64,000 nt of DNA from a virus: positions 64,001 to 128,000 of IMG/VR virus record IMGVR_UViG_3300045988_117466; one strand, 5' to 3'. Shown one piece after another: positions 1 to 9,759 of the stretch (the stretch's first letter is position 1; each line of letters opens with the position of its first letter). Both the position numbers and the translations under genes were made by a program. Under the pieces are notes generated by a model. That model had not been told where the DNA came from. It did not search any database and saw only the letters and a list, made by a program, of their open reading frames with translations.

Positions 1-1980
1 TTTTGCTTGTAGTACATATTTTTTGCCAGCTTCGAGTTCAATGGAAGTGATAATATCTTGGTATACAATCCACCCATCGGCTCTTGAATCAGTCTTTTCA
101 AAAGGGGTATCTTTAGTATAAGAAGAAACTCCAGTTAGTAAATTCCTACCATCACCAATATCACTCACATCATAAATCTTAGCAATACTACATGTATCAT
201 AAAAACTACTATCATTAGCAACAGCTCGGAAAGTAACCATAGTAACTGCATCACTATATAAGCTACTATCTTTGCTAACACTCAATACATTGTTACTGAT
301 CGTTAATCCTTTCTGTCCACTTACAACATCTGCGAAGCTAACTCCGCCATCAATGCTGTATTGCCATTTGCCAAAGCTGATTTCTCCTTGAATTGTAGGT
401 TTGATTGTAATTGTGTTCGGTGCGAATGTTTTGCCACCGTCCGTAGACTTAAAGTATTGAGATGAAGGTGTGATAGAGAGGTTTTTGGCATTGTCACCTT
501 TTTGTCCTTTATCACCATATACACCAATAACCTTAGGTGTACTAATAGGTTCACTTGTACCATCACTATACTTGGTCTGATAACAATTCCATAAATATTT
601 TTTATCAGTAGTGAGTTTTTGAGTAGTGATATCTATACTCCAACCAGAAGTAGAAGAAGTTACTCCCGAAGCTTGAGATGTTGCTAAGTAATACTGAACT
701 GTTTCGGAAACTCCACGACCTTCTAAGTCTTCTGGATGAGGTGCATATGGAACTTCTACATTGTTCCTTGATAACATTGGACATGCGACATAGAAAACAG
801 CAGGAGAGTTATTAGTCTGCAACATAAAAGTACAAGTTGTAGCAGTTTCATCTGTGCAATTACCAGAAATACTTACCTTAAACCAATTTCCATTGCCAGC
901 AGCTTCAAAATCTGCTTTTGTAATTTGTTTATTGATTGAAGCGACAGGTTTATAGTCGTGACCTTGTCTAAATCCAATCCATGTGTCCACATTATTGGTT
1001 GTAATTTTACTAACATCGGGGCACATAACCCAGAATGTTAAATATAGATCTTCTCCAATGTTATAATCCGCAAAGTATATAGGTGGAACATCTAATCTTA
1101 CTGAGCTTTGGTTTGCAATTTTAATTGAATTATATCCATTGTATTTGTTTTCTGTATCAACACTAAAACCACTAGCAAGATTCCATTTTTTTGTACCAAC
1201 GGGGAATGAGCTATCTTGAAGAAGATTCCAACTAAACTTCTCACCATCAATTCCCTTGTCGCCAGTTGCTCCCTTTGTCAATACCCACGTATATTTAGAC
1301 GGATCACTTGAGTTGCTTTCTATAAAATCTGCATATTGTCCCATGTGCGTTTTGTTTGTACTATCAACAATAGAAAAATCAATAATTTTATCTACCTGTT
1401 TAACAGTTCCAACCAATGGATCACTACCAAAAGTTGTTGAGTTTGCAGTATAAGTTCCTACTTCAAGAGTTTTGTAAACCCATTTATCATTTTTCCCAAA
1501 TCTAACCAATGTGCTTTCTGTTAATGTAAAACGATAATTTTCACTACAAAGAAACGTAATATTTGCGTAGGCAATATGTACATGTGGGGTCTGTCCGTCT
1601 TGTCCCTTAACACCTTGAGGTCCTTGTTTCCCACAACTCCAAGAAAACTGTTTCTTAACAGTCTGCCCATCAAGCGTAATAGGAATCTCAATTACTCCTG
1701 CATCGGCACCGATAGTAGTACCAGCACTCACACTAAATGTAACTCTTTTACTGTTTTTACTGACAGTAATCCCACTGCCAGAAGTAATATTTCCAATCGT
1801 GTAATCAGTCCGTTCCTGGCTACCACGAATAACAATAATGTCTGTATAGTAACTTTGTGCGGAAGTTACTTTTCTATTTGAATCTGTGGCAAATTGCTGT
1901 GCTTCGTTTGTTAACATGACTGTAAATGGTTCTGTCATATTAGCAACAGTAATCTCACCATAGCCTAAAGTTTTACCCAT
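1..1980 (-). CDS. Tail fibre / receptor-binding protein, C-terminus cut by window edge
   Basis: Open minus-strand frame from ATG 1980-1978 (GGAGG at 1995-1991) running off the window. N-terminus MGKTLGYGEITV parallels the next fibre gene. Collagen-like G-X-Y runs (GKQGPQGVKGQDGQ, GATGDKGIDGEK, GDKGQKGDN). Confidence 0.7.
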   Translation of the reverse strand, partial: MGKTLGYGEITVANMTEPFTVMLTNEAQQFATDSNRKVTSAQSYYTDIIVIRGSQERTDYTIGNITSGSGITVSKNSKRVTFSVSAGTTIGADAGVIEIPITLDGQTVKKQFSWSCGKQGPQGVKGQDGQTPHVHIAYANITFLCSENYRFTLTESTLVRFGKNDKWVYKTLEVGTYTANSTTFGSDPLVGTVKQVDKIIDFSIVDSTNKTHMGQYADFIESNSSDPSKYTWVLTKGATGDKGIDGEKFSWNLLQDSSFPVGTKKWNLASGFSVDTENKYNGYNSIKIANQSSVRLDVPPIYFADYNIGEDLYLTFWVMCPDVSKITTNNVDTWIGFRQGHDYKPVASINKQITKADFEAAGNGNWFKVSISGNCTDETATTCTFMLQTNNSPAVFYVACPMLSRNNVEVPYAPHPEDLEGRGVSETVQYYLATSQASGVTSSTSGWSIDITTQKLTTDKKYLWNCYQTKYSDGTSEPISTPKVIGVYGDKGQKGDNAKNLSITPSSQYFKSTDGGKTFAPNTITIKPTIQGEISFGKWQYSIDGGVSFADVVSGQKGLTISNNVLSVSKDSSLYSDAVTMVTFRAVANDSSFYDTCSIAKIYDVSDIGDGRNLLTGVSSYTKDTPFEKTDSRADGWIVYQDIITSIELEAGKKYVLQAK

Positions 1981-2053
1981 TCAAATATTTCCTCCTTAAC
2001 GATAATTAGGCGTACATTAAAAAAGACAATAATGTACGCCCTGACATTATTGC

Positions 2054-4516
2054 CTATTCACTATCATCAACGACTTCGCAGCCGAAGATCATTTTCCCAT
2101 TTACGACAGATGAATCTAAGAAAATTGCTTTTCCAGATGCATAATTAGAAGCTGTGTCCAATTCCACTCCTTTTTTATCTCTTCGAGTCCAGTTGTAAGT
2201 ATATTTTGGAAGATCGTTACCAGCAGCTGCTGACCAAGCTGTTCCATTATATTTCATTAAAGTAACTGTTTTAGCAGAAGCATCTACCTTATAATAAAAA
2301 TCCCCACTCGCAGGCTTTGCAGGAGCAGAAGTAGAGAATGTTGTAGATTTCAATGTATCAATTTCTTTTCCGTTTCTTGTAACGATTACATATAAAGCAC
2401 CTGCACCCTGTCCATTAATCAATTGATCCCCTAAAGAACTCAATACATTAATTGAACATGGATCACTCTGATCAATAACACTGACATATGCAGAATATGT
2501 CTTACCACCATAAACAGCATTGCATCTGAACGAAGCAACAGAATCTACCATGCTGGGCGTTACTGTTAAATTCGCAGATGTAGCATTTGCGATATTTTGG
2601 TATGCTCCGCTAACATATTTGCTCCATTGATATGTAACACCAGAAGTGACAGTAGTTGTACCATTTGTTAATGTCGTTTGTAGTAAAACGGTGTTACTGT
2701 CATTAATGATATGGCTTCCATTAGGAGCATAAGCCTGAAACAATACAGCATTTACACCATTCGTAGCTTTCGTATTTTTGCTCCAATTAAATTTATGCGT
2801 AGATGTTAATCCTGCTGCAACTATAGAAATAGTAATATCTCCACTCATGGCATTTGCTAAAGAAGCTCCATTCGCAACAGTTAAAATAATTGATCCTTCA
2901 GCAGAAGCAGTTGCATCTGTATTGGATTTTACAGTTATTCCACTTGGTAATGTTCCTACAGTAGCCTTACCTGCAATTCTTGTTGTCCCTTTATAGCAAG
3001 AATATGGAATTGTAATATCTTTAGCTGCACTGGCAGTTCCATTAGGGTTGCAAGGAATTACTTCGCTGTAATTTCCAAGAACTGTACTTACAGCAGAAGT
3101 ACCATCTTTACCATTCCCACCATTTTTACCATCCGCAATAATTGTTACGGTCTGAGTATCCAATAATGTAGTTGTACCGCCAGAAGCATATAATTCTGCT
3201 TTGATTGTCTTAATAGCCGTACTAGAAGGTGTATAGTCAACTCTAGTTTGATCAGAACTTGATGTGTATTTCACTGTATACGTATTTCCATCTGTGCTTT
3301 CAGAGATTTTAAATCTACCAGAATAAGCTGTTGCAGCTGTAGTATTTCCAATTCTCTTATAGGCACTGAACTTAGCCTGTGCTGGGCTAAGTACATTAGA
3401 AGCATTTAGTTTAAGAATATTACTTTCAGCTGTTACCTGATAAATAGTTGCATCACTACCAGATCTGTCTTTATTTAAAGAAAATCTTTTTGTAATATTT
3501 GCCTGACCTGATTTAGTACATACAAATTCAACATAGCCAGAATCAACAGTAATTCCTGTAACAGTATATTTTCTTGTGTCTCCATCCCATGTACCTGTGA
3601 TACCATTACTTGGAGTAGCTTTGATAGTCCAGTTTGCTGAGTCGTCAACTCCACCTTTGTAGATAGTAATTGTAGTATCAGCACCTGTAAGAGATGAACT
3701 ATATAATCCGCCATTGGCGTTACAAGGCACAGATTGTGTATCATTGCTTAACACACAACTATAAACATCTTTACCCGCAGCTCCATCTCTTAGTTTAACA
3801 ATCTGATGAATATCATATACATTATCGTCATTGGTAAGTAATCTAATGACTGCTACATCGTTTACAAACACTGCATCATTATGGTTCACAGTAAGAGTAG
3901 TAGTTGTACTAGCACTAGGGTAAGCAGCAAATGACCCATCTGATTTTTTATACTGCCATTGCTTTACAGAAGTGTTCGTCAATACAGCAGTTAATGTAAT
4001 AGAAGAAGCAGAGGTAATTGCTCCATCTCCATTGTATTTAAATGTAGTATCTCCAGTAATACTACAATCGGATAATTCGGTAGCTTGTTTTACTAGAGAA
4101 AATGACATCTGACATCTTGTTTCTGCTTTGATCTGAGTGTCTGGATCAGTATAAGCAATACTACAAATATAAGTGATCATCTCTGAGCTATTTGGTACCA
4201 ACATACTCTTGCTAACGCTTAACACTCCACTGGATACACTTTCTCCTGTAACAATGTCTGTAGATGCAGCAGATCCAACTTTTCTCTGCCAAGTAATACT
4301 TAAACCAGTCTGAGTAAGTGATACCTGTTTATTGTCAATAAAAATGACTGGAGTAAGTGTTAATTTACTTACTGACCAATCAGGATTATATTTTGTAGTT
4401 GCATTGGGATCATATGATACAAAATTTGGTTGATTTGATGTCACATATGCTTGTATCTGCTTCCCATCTGTCAGGTCTGTAATTGTAATCTCGCCATAGG
4501 CAAGCACTTTTCCCAT
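2054..4516 (-). CDS. Tail fibre / host-specificity protein with tandem Ig-like modules
   Basis: 820-aa ORF with GGAGG SD. N-terminus MGKVLAYGEITITD is paralogous to the 1-1980 gene. Repeated beta-rich Trp-containing modules and a short GKNGGNGKDG run. The C-terminal module (YNWTRR...MIFGCEVV) resembles the Tal C-terminus. Confidence 0.65.
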   Translation of the reverse strand: MGKVLAYGEITITDLTDGKQIQAYVTSNQPNFVSYDPNATTKYNPDWSVSKLTLTPVIFIDNKQVSLTQTGLSITWQRKVGSAASTDIVTGESVSSGVLSVSKSMLVPNSSEMITYICSIAYTDPDTQIKAETRCQMSFSLVKQATELSDCSITGDTTFKYNGDGAITSASSITLTAVLTNTSVKQWQYKKSDGSFAAYPSASTTTTLTVNHNDAVFVNDVAVIRLLTNDDNVYDIHQIVKLRDGAAGKDVYSCVLSNDTQSVPCNANGGLYSSSLTGADTTITIYKGGVDDSANWTIKATPSNGITGTWDGDTRKYTVTGITVDSGYVEFVCTKSGQANITKRFSLNKDRSGSDATIYQVTAESNILKLNASNVLSPAQAKFSAYKRIGNTTAATAYSGRFKISESTDGNTYTVKYTSSSDQTRVDYTPSSTAIKTIKAELYASGGTTTLLDTQTVTIIADGKNGGNGKDGTSAVSTVLGNYSEVIPCNPNGTASAAKDITIPYSCYKGTTRIAGKATVGTLPSGITVKSNTDATASAEGSIILTVANGASLANAMSGDITISIVAAGLTSTHKFNWSKNTKATNGVNAVLFQAYAPNGSHIINDSNTVLLQTTLTNGTTTVTSGVTYQWSKYVSGAYQNIANATSANLTVTPSMVDSVASFRCNAVYGGKTYSAYVSVIDQSDPCSINVLSSLGDQLINGQGAGALYVIVTRNGKEIDTLKSTTFSTSAPAKPASGDFYYKVDASAKTVTLMKYNGTAWSAAAGNDLPKYTYNWTRRDKKGVELDTASNYASGKAIFLDSSVVNGKMIFGCEVVDDSE

Positions 4517-4529
4517 ATAATTTTCCTCC

Positions 4530-7500
4530 TTAATCTAAAGTAGTTGCTAATGTTTCTCCATCAACAACAAAAGAGCAACCAAAAGTCGCTCCATTCATAA
4601 TATCTTGTCTATTTACAACAACACTTTTCATACCAGAGTGTTGTTCATTCCAATAAGTATCTCCGTCTGTATCAGATGATTTTCTACACCATTCAAAGTG
4701 ATCTTCTGACCAATCGTTTGTTACATCCGTACCATTTTTGGTGAGTGTGATGCTTAATGTAGATGTTCCGTCTACACCAAGTCTTGCTCCTGTAGAAGAA
4801 GTAAGAATGATGTTATAACCCATCTCAGTCATTTGAGAATCAAAATCATCCAGTGTGCTGTTCACACTTTCCTTAAAGGTCGTATACTCAACTCCCCACA
4901 AACCGCCTTTACCATCATAAATCTGTGTAATATCAATACCGCCTTGTGCGTTCGCCTCAACAGTAGAAAAGCTTAATTTATCTTTTGAAACCGATTTATC
5001 TCCAAGCATATTATTTACAATCAAACCATCAGCAATCGCATCTTTCGTAATACCTTGGCTTGTCATGATCGTTGCACCTTTATCGTCTTTGATAATAATG
5101 CTTGGATTTTTCTCTGTATCATAACCAATCTGGATGCCTACATTTCCTTCTTTATCTAAGAATTGCATAGCACTTCCATTCATAATGAAGTTGCCGTTCT
5201 CTGAAAGAATACGCATGGTATCAGAGATTGTAATATCGCCTGCGGCTAAGTCACCGATAGTCATTTTGCCTGCAATACCATTAATGATCCATGCGGAGTC
5301 GAACTTTGCGTTTGCTGAGGATAGATTGAATACAATACCTGTTTCTGTGGAAGAAGCACCGATGATTGCACTTTTAATGTTTGCTACTTCAGTTGTTAAA
5401 TTCTTAAACTCACCAACATTAGCAATAACAACTCTTGCGTTAATATAATCGGCATCAATATACTTTGAAAAGAACTTCTCAAACTCAGCTTCAGTACCAA
5501 CAATTTTCTTAACATTTGTTTGATTTGCTGTAATATTTAAAACACTGTTAGGTTGACTATTAATATACTCAACCATATTTCCAACAGCATTACCAAAACC
5601 AACAGATGTAGTTAATTGTCCCGTGATTGCTTTAAGAAGCTCTGGAGTAAGAATTGCATTGATACTTTCATCAACTCCAGTGTAAGCAGTAGAAGTGATA
5701 GAATTTCTGTTATTCTTTGTAGAAGAGTTTAATAAGAATACTTCATCATCTCGTTTTGCTTGAGATTTGATCATATTGGTAAATGAAATTTCAAACTTTT
5801 CAGATGGGTCTTTAGGATTGAAACTAAAAGTGTACAATCTGAATTTCTCTAAATTACCATGACCACCGAATTCATTTCCATCGTCAATTTCTAACCAGAT
5901 ATAATCCCCAAGAACCAATTGATCTAAATAAGGAGAGAAGTTCTCATCACACAATAAATTCTCAATCTGAGGAGAGTAGATATATTGTGGCTGGGCCTGT
6001 GAAGATAATTCCTTAACTGCAGCCTGATATAAATCTTCAGCTCGATCAACATAAGTTTCGATATCATCAAGAGTTGTGATCAAATAATTCTCATTTACAT
6101 AATCAGTTGATACATATAATTTGAGAATTGTCTGGCCCTCTGAGTTAAGATTTCCATCTTTGTCAATAAAATTAAAGTCTGGATTCTTCTTTAGGCTACA
6201 ATCATCATGTGCTTCAGTTCGTTTATCTAAGTATCCCTGAACTTTATCACTTGCCTCTTTATATTCTTTTTCCCTTTCTTCAAGAGCGGCTTTTGCATCA
6301 GCTAATTTCTGAACATACTCCTGATATTCTTTATAGTAATCTGTCTTATTATCAGAAACATCATATGGCTTGTCATATCCTTCTTTTACAAGAGTGTCAA
6401 TAGAATTCTGATACATCTTGATACGAACTTTCAGCTCGTCAACACCAAACAATTCCCATGTAGTTTCCCACTTATCAATTGGCTTTATTTTGTCTTCATC
6501 TTGCTTAGGAATATTAGCTATTGCAATCTTAATATTTGGAATGACATTGTCCACATAAGCAGTATAAGAATACCAGCACATATCTTTGATCATTTGGGCT
6601 TTCAGATCATCTCCAGTTAAGATCGTTTCATATGTTCCATCTTCTTTCTTAATCGGCTCACCATTCTCATTCTTTTTAGCATATCCATACTCTAGTAAAA
6701 TGAAATTAACAGCATCTATATAGATGTCAAGTTGCTTCTGAAGTTCATCTTCCTTGAATGTATCCCAATCAGTTTTTAAACCATCATTAGGAACACGATT
6801 CTTAATTTCATCAGCAACTTTCTTATATTTGCCCCACATTCTAGTGAGATAAGAATAATACTCTCTACGAGTCATTTCTTTTGAAGTTCCATCGTCAAGA
6901 GTATAAGTTACTTTTTCATTCTTGGTGCTATCCCAATGTGTTCCTCTATATTTCAAATAAGCTTCATATTTGTCAATTAGATCCTTAGAAACCAATGGTT
7001 CTTTAAGAACGTATGATAAATTATCAATGGTAATTTCACCAAAGTTTACATATTTAATATCAAGATTCTCTCCACCGGCCACATTAAACTGTGTATAGAC
7101 ATCATTTGTTGCACCGGTTACACTTAAAGAATCAATATAGTTTGTTGTACTTAAAGAAATACCCGTGTCCTTACCAAGTTGACTGATATGATAACAATTG
7201 ATCTTCCTATTTAATATGTCAAATGTGAACACGCATCTATAAGCCTGTGCTACTTTCTGAGTTAAGAAAGCATAAACATTAATAGACTCTTCTTCAAATG
7301 TACCTCTTACGAAAAACCATTCATCTTCTCCGTTCTCATTTTGTCTCTTATAAGGAATAAGCCATTTGGTATTTCCCTCTTCATCAATATAAGATTCATC
7401 GACATGTCCAACAGACCACCCCGGCAAGTTTTCAAGAACTAAATCTAATAAACTTAACTGACGATTATTGGGATCATATAAAGCAACATAGCGCTTTAAG

Positions 7501-7955
7501 ATTTTATTACCTGTTAATTTATCTTCGATAACATTCCCATCAGCAGTATATTCTTTACTTCCTGTTTTTCCTGTATTAACATAGAAAGTAACTAAATCTT
7601 TATTCTCGAGCTCAACATCACAAGACTCAGCTTTGACAGTCTTCATCTCTGAATATCCATCAAACTGAACACTTGAGACCTCAGTGATCACAAAGTATCC
7701 GATACGATCTATATAAATTTCCATTCCCTTATCTAAATATCCATATCCATTTGATAAGACAAAATTTGCATCATTATTAACATCAATATACTTTTCTACA
7801 CTAAAACTCAATTCCCATCTGTCATTAAGAGTAGCAGTGAGAGAAGTAGTAGAAGTGTCAATGCTATTCAAGGCGCAAATTGCCTTGCCTTCTGGATTCA
7901 CCAGATAAAAATCATAGGGCTCTGTATGATTGAAAATGTCTTTTATAAATTCCAA
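4530..7955 (-). CDS. Tail-associated protein (Tal / baseplate hub, minor structural protein)
   Basis: 1141-aa ORF immediately downstream of Dit, the canonical TMP-Dit-Tal order. The N-terminal ~380 aa look like prophage-tail/gp27-like Tal. Central coiled coil and C-terminal Ig-like module (FEWCRK...ATFGCSFVV). Confidence 0.65.
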   Translation of the reverse strand: MEFIKDIFNHTEPYDFYLVNPEGKAICALNSIDTSTTSLTATLNDRWELSFSVEKYIDVNNDANFVLSNGYGYLDKGMEIYIDRIGYFVITEVSSVQFDGYSEMKTVKAESCDVELENKDLVTFYVNTGKTGSKEYTADGNVIEDKLTGNKILKRYVALYDPNNRQLSLLDLVLENLPGWSVGHVDESYIDEEGNTKWLIPYKRQNENGEDEWFFVRGTFEEESINVYAFLTQKVAQAYRCVFTFDILNRKINCYHISQLGKDTGISLSTTNYIDSLSVTGATNDVYTQFNVAGGENLDIKYVNFGEITIDNLSYVLKEPLVSKDLIDKYEAYLKYRGTHWDSTKNEKVTYTLDDGTSKEMTRREYYSYLTRMWGKYKKVADEIKNRVPNDGLKTDWDTFKEDELQKQLDIYIDAVNFILLEYGYAKKNENGEPIKKEDGTYETILTGDDLKAQMIKDMCWYSYTAYVDNVIPNIKIAIANIPKQDEDKIKPIDKWETTWELFGVDELKVRIKMYQNSIDTLVKEGYDKPYDVSDNKTDYYKEYQEYVQKLADAKAALEEREKEYKEASDKVQGYLDKRTEAHDDCSLKKNPDFNFIDKDGNLNSEGQTILKLYVSTDYVNENYLITTLDDIETYVDRAEDLYQAAVKELSSQAQPQYIYSPQIENLLCDENFSPYLDQLVLGDYIWLEIDDGNEFGGHGNLEKFRLYTFSFNPKDPSEKFEISFTNMIKSQAKRDDEVFLLNSSTKNNRNSITSTAYTGVDESINAILTPELLKAITGQLTTSVGFGNAVGNMVEYINSQPNSVLNITANQTNVKKIVGTEAEFEKFFSKYIDADYINARVVIANVGEFKNLTTEVANIKSAIIGASSTETGIVFNLSSANAKFDSAWIINGIAGKMTIGDLAAGDITISDTMRILSENGNFIMNGSAMQFLDKEGNVGIQIGYDTEKNPSIIIKDDKGATIMTSQGITKDAIADGLIVNNMLGDKSVSKDKLSFSTVEANAQGGIDITQIYDGKGGLWGVEYTTFKESVNSTLDDFDSQMTEMGYNIILTSSTGARLGVDGTSTLSITLTKNGTDVTNDWSEDHFEWCRKSSDTDGDTYWNEQHSGMKSVVVNRQDIMNGATFGCSFVVDGETLATTLD

Positions 7956-7981
7956 TTCACTCTCACGCCTCCTTTCTGAAT

Positions 7982-8815
7982 TTAAAAAGCTCCAACCTTC
8001 TTAGGTTCGAGCCACTTGATTTTTATTTTGCAACGACCTGTAATTTCAATCCGATTTTCTCCCGGGACAAGTCGTAGCCAATATAATTTTTGTACAGTGT
8101 CCATCTTGAACACATTTGATAATACAATTCCTTTTCCATTCAGCTTAATAACTTGATGCTGACAATTGATCTCATAAGTACCTTTCGTATCCCATAAGTG
8201 CATTGTACTGTTATTGTCTGAATGATTTGTGATTTGAAGATCTGTCCAAAGCTCAGGGCTTTCAACTTCAATAATAGGATAAACATATTGTTCCAGCTCA
8301 TCTGATCCACAATCAAGAACTAAAGATCCATTATGATTAGGTGTTTCTAGTTTGTTTGTTAGGTCAAATAAATTACTTTCTTTTTCTACAAATCCATATG
8401 GTGCATTACACTCGAAGTCAACTTTTAAACCAGCAATTCCTCCAGCAAGAGCAGGAGTGACCTTAGTAACAATGGCATAATAAATGACATCATTCTTGCT
8501 ACCATCACAACCATAGAACTCTAATTTTCTATAGCTCTTAGGACTTGTTAACCACCTAGTAACTTCAGATACTTCATTTTCAGTAAATCGTTTCTGATCT
8601 TCATGAAGAAGAGTAATCTGGAATCCAAGTTTTCCTGAATATTTTGTATTATAGGCATGATAGATGTTACGATTCATAGTAGTTGAACCGTTTACGATCT
8701 CTCTATCAAGACTGAATGAATCTTCGGATTTGTCAAGATATCCAATGATCATTTTATGTGAAAAGTCCGATAGACTTTTATTGTTATAAGTAAAACTTAC
8801 TGCATTTGAATACAT
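7982..8815 (-). CDS. Distal tail protein (Dit)
   Basis: 277 aa, located between TMP and Tal. N-terminus ..VSFTYNNKSLSDF.. and ..VTRWLTSPKSYRKLEF.. fit siphovirus Dit proteins as I recall them. Confidence 0.6.
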   Translation of the reverse strand: MYSNAVSFTYNNKSLSDFSHKMIIGYLDKSEDSFSLDREIVNGSTTMNRNIYHAYNTKYSGKLGFQITLLHEDQKRFTENEVSEVTRWLTSPKSYRKLEFYGCDGSKNDVIYYAIVTKVTPALAGGIAGLKVDFECNAPYGFVEKESNLFDLTNKLETPNHNGSLVLDCGSDELEQYVYPIIEVESPELWTDLQITNHSDNNSTMHLWDTKGTYEINCQHQVIKLNGKGIVLSNVFKMDTVQKLYWLRLVPGENRIEITGRCKIKIKWLEPKKVGAF

Positions 8816-8890
8816 AAAGTCTCCTTTCTAAAAAATTATCCTGTAAGATGTACAAACTTGTTTTTTAACCTTTACTTTTGGAAGTTATTG

Positions 8891-9097
8891 TCATATAATG
8901 ACATTATTCGTATTTATATACGATGCCTTGAAGGATATGTGGTAGGAAGGGGCATGTCGAGTGCTAAGAACATTACTTGTCGTGATTAGTGTGGCTGCGG
9001 ATATTGCTAGCATAGCCTCACTCGTATTAACTGTACTCCAGTAACAAAAGATGATACATAGTTGTACGGAAGCAAAAGATTTTTGTATTTGACTCAT
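8891..9097 (-). CDS. Hypothetical small hydrophobic protein
   Basis: 68-aa ORF with a weak SD (AAAGG). No recognisable motif. Confidence 0.25.
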   Translation of the reverse strand: MSQIQKSFASVQLCIIFCYWSTVNTSEAMLAISAATLITTSNVLSTRHAPSYHISFKASYINTNNVII

Positions 9098-9450
9098 AAT
9101 ATCTACATACCTTTTTTGCCCAATTGGTGTGCCGGATACTAGAAAGAAAACCCACGTAATAGATTAGGCGAAGATAATACAAAACCTGCTGCTTTAAAAA
9201 ATAATTGAATCAATTCACGATATGTGCTATGATGATATTGACAAGTAAAGTTAAGACATGAGCTTAGCCACTTCAAACCAAATTCAGTAAGAATGGGCAT
9301 CTTACAGGAATTTGAATGATGATTAAAGGATAGTAAAAGGAGGTTACAAGGAGATTAATACTTTGCACTTATCCCGATTGGGAATCTTCCCTTTAACGGG
9401 TTAATCCAATCATCACTGTGAATTTAATTAAACAAATTCACCCATGAGAG

Positions 9451-9485
9451 AAGACACTCACTATTTACAGTGGGTGTCTTTTTCT
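9451..9485. terminator. Bidirectional intrinsic terminator hairpin
   Basis: AAGACACTCAC-loop-GTGGGTGTCTT flanked by A-run and T-run. Confidence 0.5.
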
Positions 9486-9491
9486 TTACTT

Positions 9492-9710
9492 TTATAATAA
9501 ATTTCCATCCCTCATAGAAGCAATTTCTTCCTTAATGTACATAGACTTCATTTTAGGAGTCAGCTCATCAAAAGGAGTTAATCCTTCATCATCCATATAG
9601 TTCATCAGAGCTCCCAGTGAAATTGAATACAGTCTATTCCTGTATTTCATTCGCATAACTCCGATTAATAAAATTCCAATAACAAGTAATAATAATAAAT
9701 TAATTTCCAT
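9492..9710 (-). CDS. Small single-pass membrane protein
   Basis: ATG at 9710 preceded by GGAGG. N-terminus MEINLLLLLVIGILLIGV is a transmembrane helix. Confidence 0.45.
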   Translation of the reverse strand: MEINLLLLLVIGILLIGVMRMKYRNRLYSISLGALMNYMDDEGLTPFDELTPKMKSMYIKEEIASMRDGNLL

Positions 9711-9724
9711 AATTTCCTCCAATT

Positions 9725-9756
9725 TTAAAAAGAGCCCATGCTTTCACATAGGCTCT
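9725..9756 (-). terminator. Intrinsic terminator after the tape-measure gene (GAAA-loop hairpin)
   Basis: AGAGCCTATG-TGAAAG-CATGGGCTCT followed by TTTTT on the minus strand. Confidence 0.6.
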
Positions 9757-9759
9757 ACA

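Noticed and set aside
1-4516. Diversity-generating retroelement acting on the fibre genes.
   Set aside because: There is no reverse transcriptase ORF in the window, and I found no template/variable repeat pair with adenine-specific differences.
5134-5448. Plus-strand ORFs nested inside long minus-strand genes. Examples: 2778-2996, 5134-5448, 6209-6403, 10496-10852, 11257-11463, 16640-16843, 17292-17546, 19163-19603, 23684-24454, 24886-25140, 26371-26652.
   Set aside because: They are antisense to long, well-supported structural ORFs, have no SD, and have low-complexity composition typical of the reverse frame of Lys/Glu-rich genes.
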